DNA of 64,000 nucleotides from Vermamoeba vermiformis (lineage: Eukaryota): assembly GCA_045837725.1 (NCBI GenBank), contig JBEWZL010000266.1, positions 310,001 to 374,000 of the forward strand, given 5' to 3'. The first letter of the stretch is position 1. Each line of letters starts with the position of its first letter. The translations under genes were made by a program, and so were the position numbers. Under the pieces are notes generated by a model, which searched no databases, was not told the DNA's origin, and was given only the letters and a program-made list of their open reading frames with translations. Shown piece after piece: positions 36,268 through 49,136 of this stretch.

Positions 36268-38100
36268 ATGAACGAAGACTTTGTTCAATTAGAGCGTTGG
36301 CACCTGGAAGCAACGATAGAAGAAAAAAAGGTAAATAAAAAACTTAGAAATTTTCAGAAAAATCTGCGCACAATAAATTACAAATATAGGCACCTGGTTT
36401 TATCATTATTGAACATTGTAAATTAAGTAGTATTTTTTTGCAGCCGGATGTCGCTTTTTTACTGAAGCCCAAACACTATCCAGAGCCGTTGAAGCTGCCT
36501 AATTCACCGATGACAAAAATACACGGTGCAATTCAGGAAGAAATGGCGCCAATTGCAAAGTTGATAAAGGACTATGAAGATCAGGATTTTGCCTACCGTA
36601 GCAACGCAGAGAAGAACCTGCGACTATCTATTGACATTGCAAACCGTGAATCTTATCTTCGAAAAATTATTCAGCGAGTGTTGGATGCTTTATTGAACGA
36701 AGATCTAGTCGAATTGCTCAACGCACGTTTACCTTCCGGATCCACCGTGAAAGGAGCCCTTGCCAAAAATTGCTTGCTACCCGACGTAATCTACTATTTA
36801 CATTCGAATATAATCCTATTGACCCTTTAAAAGATACATCTTGAATCAACGAAACTTTGGAAAGCGGATGTAGCGCACGAACTGGGCTCGTTGACAAATC
36901 TCCCACTCGAGATTCGACGACTGATTTTCCAAGAACTCAACATTAACGAAGCACGAAAGGTTGTTACAGTCTCCAAATCGTGGTTCAAAGAGTTGACAGC
37001 TCGTGAAGTTTGGCGGTCAAAGTCAACATCACCTTATCCTTATTTGTCGCTTATGAGAAAAGAATTCTATTCGAAGTTCATGAAACGAAAGCACGTGGCT
37101 TATAGCGAAGAGATTGAAGTCGCCGATGGTGAAGGAATGTTGGTGTGTGAAGCAGGGTTTGTTCAAGCCGTCAAACTGAACGGCAAGGTACGCGGCATCA
37201 TATTCTTGCTATATTACGATGCTTATTGTTAACTTATGTTACCAGCCCTTGGCAGCTGTATGGAGTGATATAGGTGGTTCAGTTGGACGATGTATGGTTC
37301 GCTCGAGAAAACTAGATCGTGATGAAATTGACGTTATGGTGAAGAATATAGGTATTTTATCGCTAATGCAATTTTGATACATTATTCGGTGAAGATATTT
37401 TCGATAAAATTCTTTCATTTAAATATGCATGCTACATTATCAAATCGAAGATAACATTCTACTGAATATTCGTTCCATAGAGTCGTACCTGAACGAAGGA
37501 GACTTAGATCTGAGTCGATTGACCGAGACTATTGGCTCGTTTATGAAGTGCATGGCCAACGGAAGATACACAATTGAAGTCTGTTGCAGACAAATAGACA
37601 TAGAAGAATTCAATTCGACTGATGAATTGGACGAACTTGTTAGTAAGCACTCAATATTGTGCCCATATAAGCCAATTCAACATATTAATTTGATTTTTTA
37701 AAGGTACCTATGCATTCGACCAAACAATTTACTGCACACAACCTTCAGACTTATTGAACGATGAACGAGTCGCGTACTACGAACAAATCATCAAACAAGG
37801 CAAAAGACCCGCTTTGTTACTATTGTGCAGCCTGGACTCGTTTCTTATCGACGGACATCACAAGGTACAGTCCCCTAAAAAAAGTGACACGTGTCATACT
37901 TTTTTCATTCTCTAACGAGATTCTCCAATCAGCTCCAAGCATACTCAAAGCTGCACTTATTACACGAAGCTGTGCTGATCAACATCTTGCCTCATAATCC
38001 GAAAGAACGGCTCACTCGTGAAGCAGAAATGGCGTACATTGAACATTCTCCTAATGCCGTTGAAAATTACAACGAATGTTACGATCACTTTATGTCCTGA
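36268..38100 (+). CDS. F-box protein with a C-terminal ParB/Srx-like (IDGHHK) domain; multi-exon; 3' end possibly truncated
   Basis: F-box LTNLPLEIRRLIFQELNINEARKVVTVSKSW; exon at 37703-37864 reads IYCTQPSDLLNDERVAYYEQIIKQGKRPALLLL..SFLIDGHHK and splices to LQAYSKL. Confidence 0.7.
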
Positions 38101-38837
38101 ATGCCAAGTGAGTCATTATTGCACCCTGACTTGAGTCAGAACTGCATACATCTGTTTCAAATATTAATTTTGCGATTGTATTCTTATTATAGGACGCGGT
38201 GCTGCTGATGTCGCTCTATTGTGGCCCGCAGACAACAGCTGGCCGCCAGAGATTGATTTCTACGAAGATGCAGGTGGTCCCGCCTCCAACAACGGTGCTC
38301 GTACTAGAACTAGTGCCACAACCCACTGGGACTCCGATAACAAGCAAGAAAATCTCTTCGTTGACGCTGACCTTGCAATGGCGCACAGTTGGAGTGGAAT
38401 GGACGCCCACTGAAGTGCGTTACACACTCGACGGCGATGTTTGGGGCACTTACCAGGGCGTTGGAATTCCGACTATTCCGATGGGTCTTGGTCTTCAGAC
38501 TCAGACCGGCTGGGGCGACTGCAACAGTTGGTTTGGCTGCATTGACGGCACTACGCCCTCAGAAGTCACCATGGAAATTGACTGGTTTAGATCCGCAGAC
38601 TTCACTCAATGGCACACTGTAGGCATTGAATGGACCGCTCAAAAGCTCGTATACACCCTCGATGGTCAAATATGGGCTGAATATGACTCCGCTAATGTCC
38701 CTGCAGTGCCGATGAATTTGGTCCTGTCCACGCGTACCGGATCTGACTGCAACGATGAGTGGGGTGGTTGTGCTCCTAGCGATGGCGATGCTTCTAACTT
38801 CATCATCGATTGGATTGCTATTTACAGCCAAGCCTAG
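38101..38837 (+). pseudogene. glycoside hydrolase family 16 remnant (5'-truncated, frameshifted, two fused C-terminal halves)
   Basis: VALLWPADNSWPPEIDFYE (GH16 ExDxxE). Frameshift near 38375. The unit WxTVGxEWT...YTLDG..W...P..PM...IDW occurs twice. Confidence 0.75.
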
Positions 38838-39036
38838 ATTTTGAGTTTAACTAACAGCTTAAAGCCTTCATTAAATGTAGTGCTTAGTCAATAAATCAAC
38901 CTTTAATGGCAAACGGATCTAATTCCTAAAAGTTATATTTTCGTATGAAGTTAGCCATAACTATATAGCAACAATAATTGCACTACTCGTTACTATTGAG
39001 TTATTTATTTTTTTTTGTTACAAATTTCGCTGATCC

Positions 39037-39740
39037 TTATGGCTGATCTGCGTTGCCCAAAATAGGCTTAACTTCATCGTTTTCGCGAACATATCGACCG
39101 GACGTAATAAGAGCAATGAATAGTGCCCATAATTTGAACATGTGGCTCAAACTTCCGATCACGATCCACTTTATGCTGTCGATGATGGCTTGACCCTCGC
39201 CAAACAATATATAAATAGTTGCAATGTCTACTGCTGCCGTTGCCACGTAACAAATGATTGAAATAGCCATAAATATGCGTGCTCTATTGTCCGCACGTCT
39301 GGTCATGTGCTTGCGGTACATAATATAGCAGAAAAGCATGACGAAGAAGAATACGGATACTCCAACCACCCACATTATGGCTGCTTGCATCTTTTGAAAT
39401 CTAAATATAGGATTATCATTTTAGCAACGCGATCCAACGAAAATAATAATTTATAAGTAAAATTATTTTGAGCCATTTATTGAAATTAATATGATTAATA
39501 TTATTATTTATTATATATCATACGGTGATTAATGTCAAATTAATTTTTTAGGATTAATTGTCTGTTAACGAAAATTGTGATCTGCCGCCTTTAAGATTGA
39601 ATTCCCATTTGATATAGAGCTGCTTACACTATTAACCATTGTGCTGTAAATGATACTGCCCAGGACAGCAAGCCAAGTACAATTATAATCCACGCAATGG
39701 GCGCACGTGGCGCGTTCCATCGATCTCGCTTGTTCGTCAT
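39037..39740 (-). CDS. small ~4-TM membrane protein, 2 exons
   Basis: MTNKRDRWNAPRAPIAWIIIVLGLLSWAVSF...IV|FQKMQAAIMWVVGVSVFFFVMLF joins in phase across a gt..ag intron. Confidence 0.6.
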
Positions 39741-39962
39741 TCTTTAAATACGTAAAGCTTAAATAAATATAGTATTTTATGGTAGTCACTACCGTATAAT
39801 CAGTGCAATAAAATAAAAAAAATTTGGTTCACGAATAAAAGTCTCATTTTCAACAAAACAGATCCAGCGAACTTTATTTCTTTCGTTTTTCGTCAGAACC
39901 TCTTTACAATTAACAAAATATATATTACAAGGCAATAAATAGTAGCGGATGGCTAACTAAAG

Positions 39963-41355
39963 CTAGCTGCTTCGGTGCACGCCAGATTCGGATGCCGCAG
40001 CGGATTCTTCGTGGTGCAACTGTTGGGTCCTAGCATGTTCGATGGACAAAATTTCCTTTTCTAGTAATTCTTTGACTGTTTCCCATCCTTTAACTCGCGT
40101 AATATTGTCATGTAAATCGTCTGTTTTGTTCCAAGGGTACAAAAGTTGTGGATCGCCGTAATGATGTTCGAATAAGAAGACCTAAATATACTGTTAGTGT
40201 ATTGCATTTATGGTATGACGCACGAAGACTTACCTTAACTCCGCCTTGCGCGCAATCTTTTGCGTTTAAAGGAAGATCGTCGATCAGCAGCTAAAAAATT
40301 CGTCAGCAATTCGTTCTTTTTCGTAATTTCCATAATTTAACAATTACTTACATCAGCACCTGCTTCACGAGCCAGCTCAAGCTTCGATTTCTTCTTATTT
40401 ACAACTCCGCCATTGCCGCAGTTTCCAAAGTAAAGCTCGCTGAATACGCCAGGGAAATGAGTGTCCAGCCATCGCTGCGTATCAGGCTTAAGAGTCTCAT
40501 CGCGACTAGTAATAATAACGAAGTCTAAATGGCGGCCGTACTTCGACTTCAAGTAATTAAGAGTCTCTTTGGCGCCTTCAAGCGGAGAAAATTCTTGGAA
40601 GAAAGGCGACTTCCAGAAGCTTAGCATCTTAGTAAGGGCTGTATAAATACACGAGTATTAGTATTTGATGCAATCTAAACAAAGAATCGAAATCGCTACA
40701 TCCACAAAAAACTCCACGTAGGATTAATCTAATTACGAAAACTAATAATGTTAACTAACTGTAAACTGCCGTAATATCGGATAATTGAATATTATGAATA
40801 GCTAAAAGAGAATCTAACTTGACAGCCAATCAAATCGACTGTTCCTAAATTAGCATTCAAATTCGATTCTAAAATATTTAATATATGTATAATTCGGGTA
40901 ATTATAATAATAACACTTACTTTGCTCGCGAGTGCCTCCCCAGACTTCATGAAAGAAATAACTTTGAAAATGATTGAACTCTAACTTTGTGCCATAATGA
41001 TGGTTGTGAAATTTGATGAGGCAGGGTACTAATGCACCGAGGACTATAATTAAGTAGAAATTAGCACGAGATTGGATCTAATAATCTAAATTTCGAAATT
41101 CATGAAAAAAATATTCATCGTAGATTATTAACACGCAGGATGAGTTATAATCTAATATGAATATTTATCCAAACTATAATTATAGCGGTTGGTAACGCAG
41201 GAAAAATTTTTGGAAGAATTCTATTCAGATGCGGAAGAGAAGTTCGAACTCCAGGTATTAAACTCTGTGTGATTCGGCCGTTCAATATGACGCTTACCTT
41301 CATCGACATCGACAGCAATTCGCTTAACGTGCTTAAGTGCGCTTCTTGCGGCCAT
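39963..41355 (-). CDS. HAD-family 5'(3')-deoxyribonucleotidase-like protein (NT5C family); multi-exon
   Basis: RIAVDVDEVL (motif I), PLEGAKETL, IITSR, TQRWLDTHFP, LLIDD, YPWNK. Confidence 0.85.
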
Positions 41356-41999
41356 GATTTATTTTCGTAATTAGGATATTTGTGTTGAATTGATCTAAAC
41401 GGAGCAAATAGATTAGTACGTTGTTTGGTGATTGCCAAATGAAAAAATTATTTATATGTGATTATTTAGGTCTCTATGAATAATTCAGAAAATTTCAGAA
41501 AATAGCGAGATTGAGAAAAGAAGAGGATCTGTTTCTCCCTCGAGTATTTCAAGGTTTAGATCTTGTAAATAGGCACGTATACTTACTATCAATGTTAGAC
41601 AACTTAACTCCAAAATCTATTCTTGTGTGTTGTTCTTGTCCAGTGTCAACAGAAAATGTCACAAACGAAAATCGCAGTACTTTTGTTATTCCCAGTCCTG
41701 CGGTCTCAGACTCCAAAAGTGACAAGGTGTGATTCTTAGTAATCGAATAACTTTGAATGGGCGGCTGGGAGAGATCCACTTTTGATCTGAGATCCATCCA
41801 ACGATCTCCGCGACTTTTTATCTTGAGCGAAGACAATGGTTGCAGCCCTAATGGTGATCGTCGGAAGTAGGCCTAGGCTACTGCTGAGGGCGACAGTGTG
41901 TGATCCAATCAGAGCCCTGGTAGGTCCAGGTGTGCGTCAAAAAAGTGCGTGCACGATTGTTATCTTTATCCCCTGTAAATAGATGTAAACAACAACAGT

Positions 42000-43704
42000 A
42001 TGGAGTCTGAATACTCCTTACTACGTGTACCATATGAACAGCTTAGCAAGGTGTTCAAGAACACTACGCGAGGCGTTGAAAAAGAGATTCAACAAGTAGT
42101 CGGTGCTATCGCTGGATTGAGCAAGAAAAAGGATGTGAAGAAGGAAGAAGCCTTCAACACCTTTACCAAGTTGTCTGCAAAGCTTCAGAGCTTAAAGAAG
42201 AAGGTTTGTATCGCGTGAAACTGTGTGCTTGATCGGTGGACTAATTTTAATTTAATCCAGCTTGAAGATATCTCCAAGGATGAACAAAATCTTCTGGATG
42301 TAATGACCGCCCGTCTACATCACATGCAGGTAAATTTTAAATTATTTGGATTATTTTGTAATTTTTTGAAATATTTTTCTAATCCGGATTTTAATTAGGA
42401 CTCTAATGAGCACGACGAAAAAGCTCGTACTCGATGGCATAAAATCAAGCTCGATCGCATCTTGATTGATTATATGCTGCGTGAAGGGCTCTACGACACA
42501 GCAATAATGTTTGCAAAAGATTCGAAGATCGAGGTAAGCCTCAGACACTTCCCTGAGCATAGAATACTTACTAATCGTATTCCATAGAACCTTGTAGATA
42601 TAGATGTATTTGTAGCAGGCCATAAAGTCATCGAATCTCTTCAGCAAGGCAACTGCTCGGAAGCGCTGAAATGGTGCCAAGAGAACAAAGCTCGCTTGAA
42701 GAAGATTGAGGTACGTTGGCTATGACCCTAATAGATGTTATTAAAACGTATGGCTCATTGTTAATGTACAGAGTGACTTCGAGTTTCAGATTCGCGTGCA
42801 AGAGTTTTTAGATCTCGTGAAGAATGGCAAGACCGTTGAAGCCATTCAATACGCACGAGACAACTTGTCGGCTAGTGCCGAAGCCAATATGTCCTTATTG
42901 CAACAAGCGATGGCTACACTGGCTTTTCCTAATCCGCAGACCTCTCCACAGTTCAAGGTAAGCAGATTTGACGATACTCTTCTAGTTCTTTTGAATTTGA
43001 TTGCAGAGGATTATAAAAACATGTTTTCCCGTGTTTATGAATAGGATGATTCTATTTTTGAAAACACCTGATGCAACCCAAATCATTTTTAGGATCCGAT
43101 CTTCAACTTTTTGTTCAAATCCCTAATTTTTTACTATATAGGACCTCTTTGATGCCGAGAGATGGAACAGCCTCGTCTTAGAGTTCAAGAAAGAGAACTA
43201 TCGCTTGAATAGTGTGTCTTCTCAAGCTCTGTTATCGCTGCACTTGCAAGCTGGTATTTCGGCGTTGAAGACTCCGTAAGTATCTCTTAGTGTTACGAAT
43301 ATGTTCAAAGAGGCAGTTAGCTGATATATACACTATAGGCAATGCTTCCGTGAAGAGTCTAAGAACTTCAATTGTCCCATCTGTTCTGACCTGATCGGTC
43401 AAATGGCCAAAGAACTGCCTGGTGCCCAACACACTCATTCTACGCTCGTGTGTCGTGTGACGGGAGATATTATGAATGAGGATAATCCTCCTTATGTTCT
43501 TCCAAGCGGTTACGTCTACAGCAAGCGAGTAAGTAGCGCATCCGGATCCAATCCGATTTATTCCTACTGAACCTTGAACAAATACTAATCAATATTATAT
43601 AGGCATTAGATGAAATGTCTATGCAGAATAACGGCATGGTACGCTGCACAGTGACCGAGCAAGAGTTCGGCATCGACGAGGCTAGCCGATTGTATATAAC
43701 TTAA
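42000..43704 (+). CDS. MAEA: CTLH/GID E3 ligase subunit MAEA (Fyv10/GID9); multi-exon
   Basis: LLRVPYEQL, LisH LDRILIDYMLREG, CTLH ALKWCQENKARLKK, EFQIRVQEF, LQAGISALKTP, CPIC...LP.AQHTHS.LVC RING-like end. Confidence 0.92.
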
Positions 43705-43896
43705 ATCACTTTGTATATATCGCACGCTAATGTATTGTACTGCGTGTTGTTTATAGTGTATATGTGCTCGAGTATGCCACAAGCTGCTCGAAGCTGGATC
43801 TTGTAAATTGATGTAACTAATGTAGTAATCTGTAATTAAATGTAAATTTGTACACTATGTACATTTGTGCTTATTTTATTATGAGACAATGGCTAA

Positions 43897-45502
43897 TTAG
43901 TGGTGATGGTGGTGATCGTGGTCATGGTCATGATCGTGGTGGTCGTGGCCGTGTTGTGCTAATTGCATTTGGCGGATCTTTGTGCTCTTTAACCACACTG
44001 CAAAGAACGTGTTAGATTGTTAGAATAAAGGTAATAGCACTTTAATATTAATGCTAACGTGTTCAACACTCAATTTCAATCACTTACCAATTAGATTGTA
44101 CCGTTCGCCAGACGTGATTGGCATCGCACCTGTTAAGATACATTTAGTATTACGAACACAATTATGCAAATAATAAATACACACCGTGTCTGTGTTTGCC
44201 AATATGGAAGAGTGACACGCCAGGCACGTGATTGTAAATGAATTTCTCGTCATGAGTTGAGGGGTCTTCGAGCAATCCTCTGAAGTACAGCTCGCCACCA
44301 GTGAATTCTTTGCCCAAGCACAAATTGAGGGTTAATTCGCCTAAGTACATATATTAATATCGCAATACTATTTGAGGTATTATTAAATCACGTACTGTCA
44401 TCGTAATGGAAGCCAAGATCCAGATCTTCAGTGAGCTTGTATTGGACCTATAATACGAGTATTAATTATCTACCACTATATTAATGATAATAGTATCTTT
44501 CTTACGATAAAAGCGTGATGGTGATCGATTTTGTCGGCAATGTCAGGGAAGTAGAGCAATAGAATTGGCCGCAAATAAATCGAAAACAACTCTTCGAAGG
44601 TCTTATAGAATCCAATGTCATCTAATACACCTCCATAATTATTCATGCTATTTGGTCTGTTGATAGGCAAGCCGCTCTGTTATTAAAAAATATCAGTTAG
44701 ATCTACTCGAAAGTTTTCGTCAATCGCCACCGGTACACAAAATGTTTAATATTATAGCAATAATATGTTGCATTATTAGTACCTTTTCGAAGTTTTGGAT
44801 CTCGTCTATGAGCGCACGGCAAAAGTCCATCGAAAATATTTGACATTTGAATACTTTAGTCGGAGATATTTGTCGGACTATATCCATCAATGACTTGTCA
44901 TCTTGGGTCTTATTATATTCGTTGATTAGAGTCCAAAATTCAGGAGTAAAATGTTTTGGACCGAGATCGTACAACCACTCGTGGCACGGGATGTACTCTT
45001 CTTGAATGAATATCAGCCTATTATAATCGAGCTTTGTCACTTTTTTCATCATTTCAAGCTCTTTTTGCTCGTCTTCTTCGTCATCTGAGTCAGATTCAAC
45101 AAAGTCGTGCGGATCTGCTGGCTTGCTAACTTCAATACCGTCCAAATTCTTCGATAATAAGACTTGATAACGCATAGCAGGGTCTAATTCGCCAAATTTA
45201 CCATTTTCATCGGGTTTGTAGTGCTTATTCGTGATGTCTCGTAATTGCACAAAAATTTTCTCGAATCTTTCCTTGATTACTGCTGGATCCTCGTTGTCTT
45301 GGTCTTGTTCCATCACAAATATTCTTTTTAAATTTTCTACATTAATCCATTTGGGTCCTAGTGATACTGCTGCAGGACATTCGCTGCTAAATAATTTGAT
45401 CCGAATTGTTGACGCCGCATCTGGCTGTTTATTTGATTTCTCTTCTTTATGGTCAGTATAATCACTGAATACGTGTCCGTTACTATTGTTATTGTTATTC
45501 AT
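43897..45502 (-). CDS. OGFOD2: OGFOD2-like 2-oxoglutarate/Fe(II) dioxygenase with a His/Asp-rich tail; multi-exon
   Basis: RPNSMNNYG, LGFHYDDSELTLNLCLGKEFTGGELYF, HRHGAMPITSGERYNLIVW; ends QHGHDHHDHDHDHDHHHHH. Confidence 0.85.
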
Positions 45503-46070
45503 TGTGTCGCAAATTAAAGACTGCGTGTTGAATTCAAAGCAAGCTGAGAAAAAATTACAACAAACACTTTCCCACGCATAAAATACACAGCTCATCGCGT
45601 GATTCATGAAAAAATTTTCAGGAGAATATAGCTTGGTAATATAAGACTTAATAGAGCTTGTAGAACGTTTGAGAAAGTAGATGACAACCAGATCCAACAA
45701 TCTAAGTTTATTTTCGAAGTTACAATGGCAGAAAAATTAATCTAAGATATAATTCTGAATTATAAAGGCGTTGATCCGCATAAAGACGTCGATCTATTGC
45801 ATCATCTGCAATATCAAAACAGAAATAACGTTCTATCATAGCCCGCTATCCCAATTGTCATATTTTTACGTGTGAATGAGCTAATATTATTGTCATATGA
45901 ACCACTTCGTTGCGCTAAATGTTCATTATGCTATATTTAGGCCTATTAAATTTGGTTTGCAAAATTAAATCGCGCCATAACAAAAAATATCTCTTTACTT
46001 AATATTTATCTATTACCACACTTATATGTACTTTAGTAGCATTATGTATTATTAATACCCAATATTTTCA

Positions 46071-48994
46071 ATGGCTAGTGCGAGCATCTATCAAAAAATC
46101 GTAGAACGGCTAGACAAACTGCGGAGTCTTTATAAACTCAGTAAATACTACGATAATAATCTATTGATAATATAGAATATTAACAGATCGTATTTATTTT
46201 ATTAGTAGCGGAGCCATCTGTTAAACTGTCGCATATTGGAGACGCCAATTCAGTTATATCATTAGAAAGCATAGTTAAATTCGAAAAAGAACATCACGTT
46301 AAACTACCAGATGAATATGCAAAATTTTTACTGGTAAGCAATTTAATCAATCAGGATCAAAAATTTGATCAAAATTTCGGTTCGACAAACTGCCGATCCG
46401 CTATTAAATCTTACATAGATCATAATAAACAAATTAAAATTATAGCATTAAGAAAATGAATTATTTAATTGCTTCAAATAGCCAAAAAACTCATCTATAA
46501 ATTAAATCCGAATAGGAGGTGTTCAATGGCGGCCTTGGACCCGGAAAAGTGCTTTACACATTGCATGATAGTTATTATACATATTGGATGGACTTAGGAC
46601 CGCTTCAAAGTCAGTGCAATCTGAATCAAGCAGTGTATGCTAGAAAACTCGACGAATTATTGTCCCGAAACAATGAGAATAGCGTAAAAGTAAGTTATAC
46701 GAATATTAGAATACAAAAATACTATAAATTCGAAAAAGGTATATTCGGTAGCCGTTTTTTTGTTAAAATGCGGATGTCGTTCAGAGATCTCGCAGTATTT
46801 CGTGAGAATAGCGTTTGATCAACTATCAATACATATAATTGAATACTATCACGCGTTTAGATCGCTATATTCGATATTAACGAATCACAAAACAGGTCAA
46901 TCAATCAGATGTACCTTCGACCAGTTTCGAAATCGATGGCAAACAATATTATATTACAACAATATCCATATCAAACAAATCAATCGAGTCCCTATTAAAT
47001 TCCGAGCATAGACAGCAATTATCAGCCTTATTTGACAAAAAAGAAGCCCGTCAAGGAGTTTTATTAGTAGGATACGGCGGAGATTCAACTTTTTATTTCT
47101 TAGTAGTCACTGGTAGCGAGAGGGGCAAGGTATGCATATATATGATAGTATAGTTATTTATTGAAGCCGATTTTTTAATCATAAATTCCGATCGGTTGAA
47201 TTTTTTGGTTTGTACTCGAAGTTTCTGACTTTAATTCTTTAAAATTGATGCAATATTACGGTTATTCTATAATAATACTACTAATAATAATATCAATGTA
47301 CAATCTATTATAATCATGTTAAGATTTTTTTTTTGTGGATCCGGACAAAGATTTAAATATTGATCGTATTTATATTCAGGTCTGGAAATGCGATAATGGC
47401 TGCTATATACCAACAAAATTGAATTTTATTGAGTGGTTCGAAGACTGGCTCAATAGAACGTTGATTTTGTTTCGGGATCAAGCTAACTTCCAAAAGCAAC
47501 AAATTGTCGACCTGCAAGAGAAGGTATTTAGCTATATATAGTTACTATTACCATATTTAGACAATATTACGGCAATGATAGCTGTATTAATATGAATTAA
47601 GCAAATATTTTTGTCGCGCGTACTGGCGCACTAAAAATTCTTTTTAACGCCAAAATTAATATAATTAAATACCGTAATAATACTGTGACTATTTATATAT
47701 AGATTTTGACCGTAATAATTAATTTCCGGTTCGATTTTTTTCAGGCAAGTTCAAGCCCGGATGCAGCGTTAAATGCAGGAATTTGGTTCTTTAAGCACGG
47801 ACAATATGAAAAAGCCAAAAAATTCCTTTCAGAGTGCTTGAAAATGAGCGCGGAGAAAGGACAATTCAGATTGCTGTTTCAGACCTGCCAGCACTTATGT
47901 CGGACATTGCTAAAATTGAAAGATCTCGACAGTTGTTTGCGAACTGCGCAAGTAGGCGAAAAACAAGGTACTATAATAGTATATAATAGCATATAGTATT
48001 TTATTAAGTATTTAATTTTTAAGTTGGCCGAGTTTTTGCATCCGAAGTTAAAATGGATCTGCCCGAAGCAGATGAATTCAAAACATCGTTTAAATATTAT
48101 CAAGGCACAATATACTACAAAAAGAAAATGTTTAAAGAGGCATTGGAAGCATTTTCAGCGATAATTAGTTATGACTATGCCAAGACGAGATATTATTACG
48201 GAAAGATTTTATTGGCCGAAGGACAGCTCGAAGACGCCGTTAATTATTTTCACAGAACGGATCACACATCGACTTCGCTATATTTGGAATTGGCGAACAT
48301 CGAATTCGATCGAAGTAAGTCGAAATTCTTTTTTGCCTTGAAAAATTTATTATCCGGATCTACAATCTAACAATAACAATAATCAATAATAATATAAACA
48401 TTATAGGCTAATAATAATATAATAATATTCAATATTCGCAGTATTGAATTTAATTATCGAACATTTTTTTTTCTTCGTCCTTAGGGTTAGGGTTTGATTT
48501 TGGAAAATTTGCTCCGTGCTGACTTTTTTATGATTTAGAACACTACGACAAGGCACTGCAGTACAGCATGGCAGGCATATTCAGTCGCATCGGCAAACAG
48601 AGTCGAAAACACGACTTGGCCGGTGTGTTCTGCAAAGCGTTCTTAGAGCTGTGGACCAAAGATGCGAACAATGTCAACGAGCTGGTCAATTGTTTGGAAG
48701 ATGTTGAGGGTAAGTGGCACTTTGACACTTGTAAAATTATTTCTTTTTGAAGTGCCTCAAGCCTTCCAATTTCAATTTGACACTTGACACCTCAGTCGGC
48801 TTTTGACACGTGTCAAATTCCAACTTGACTCGGAGGAGGTTTGAAGCACGTCACAAGTTCGAATCAATTTTTGACACGTGTCAACAGACATTGCTAAAAT
48901 TTTTGCACGGTTGACTTACTGACCTCTTTTTTTCTTAGATGCATTGCCGAATGATCCCAACATTCAACAATTGATCGCGCAGATTGAAGAGTAA
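46071..48994 (+). CDS. SUKH (SMI1/KNR4) domain + TPR-repeat protein; multi-exon
   Basis: IVKFEKEHHVKLPDEYAKFLLEVFNGGLGP...GVLLVGYGGDSTFYFLVVTGSERGKVW...LNFIEWFEDWLN, then TPR-like helices (AGIWFFKHGQYEKAKKFL, YYQGTIYYKKKMFKEALEAF, YYYGKILLAEGQLEDAVNYF). Confidence 0.8.
48804..48883. repeat. two copies of the perfect palindrome TGACACGTGTCA plus several TGACAC half-sites in one intron
   Basis: Copies at 48804-48815 and 48872-48883; the same 12-mer also occurs in introns at 34674 and 37885. Confidence 0.6.
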
Positions 48995-49136
48995 AACTTA
49001 AATGCCCACACAAACCCAAAAACTGTTTTTTAGAATTTCGTTGTACCAAATAACCCTTATATCTTCTATAAACCAAAAAACTTATTTATTTTACAAGCGG
49101 TCTTAAATAATATTATTGATATCAAAACAACACATA

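Noticed and set aside
36828..36890. Apparent break between ORFs 36438-36830 and 36891-37232
   Set aside because: A short gt..ag intron joins them in frame.
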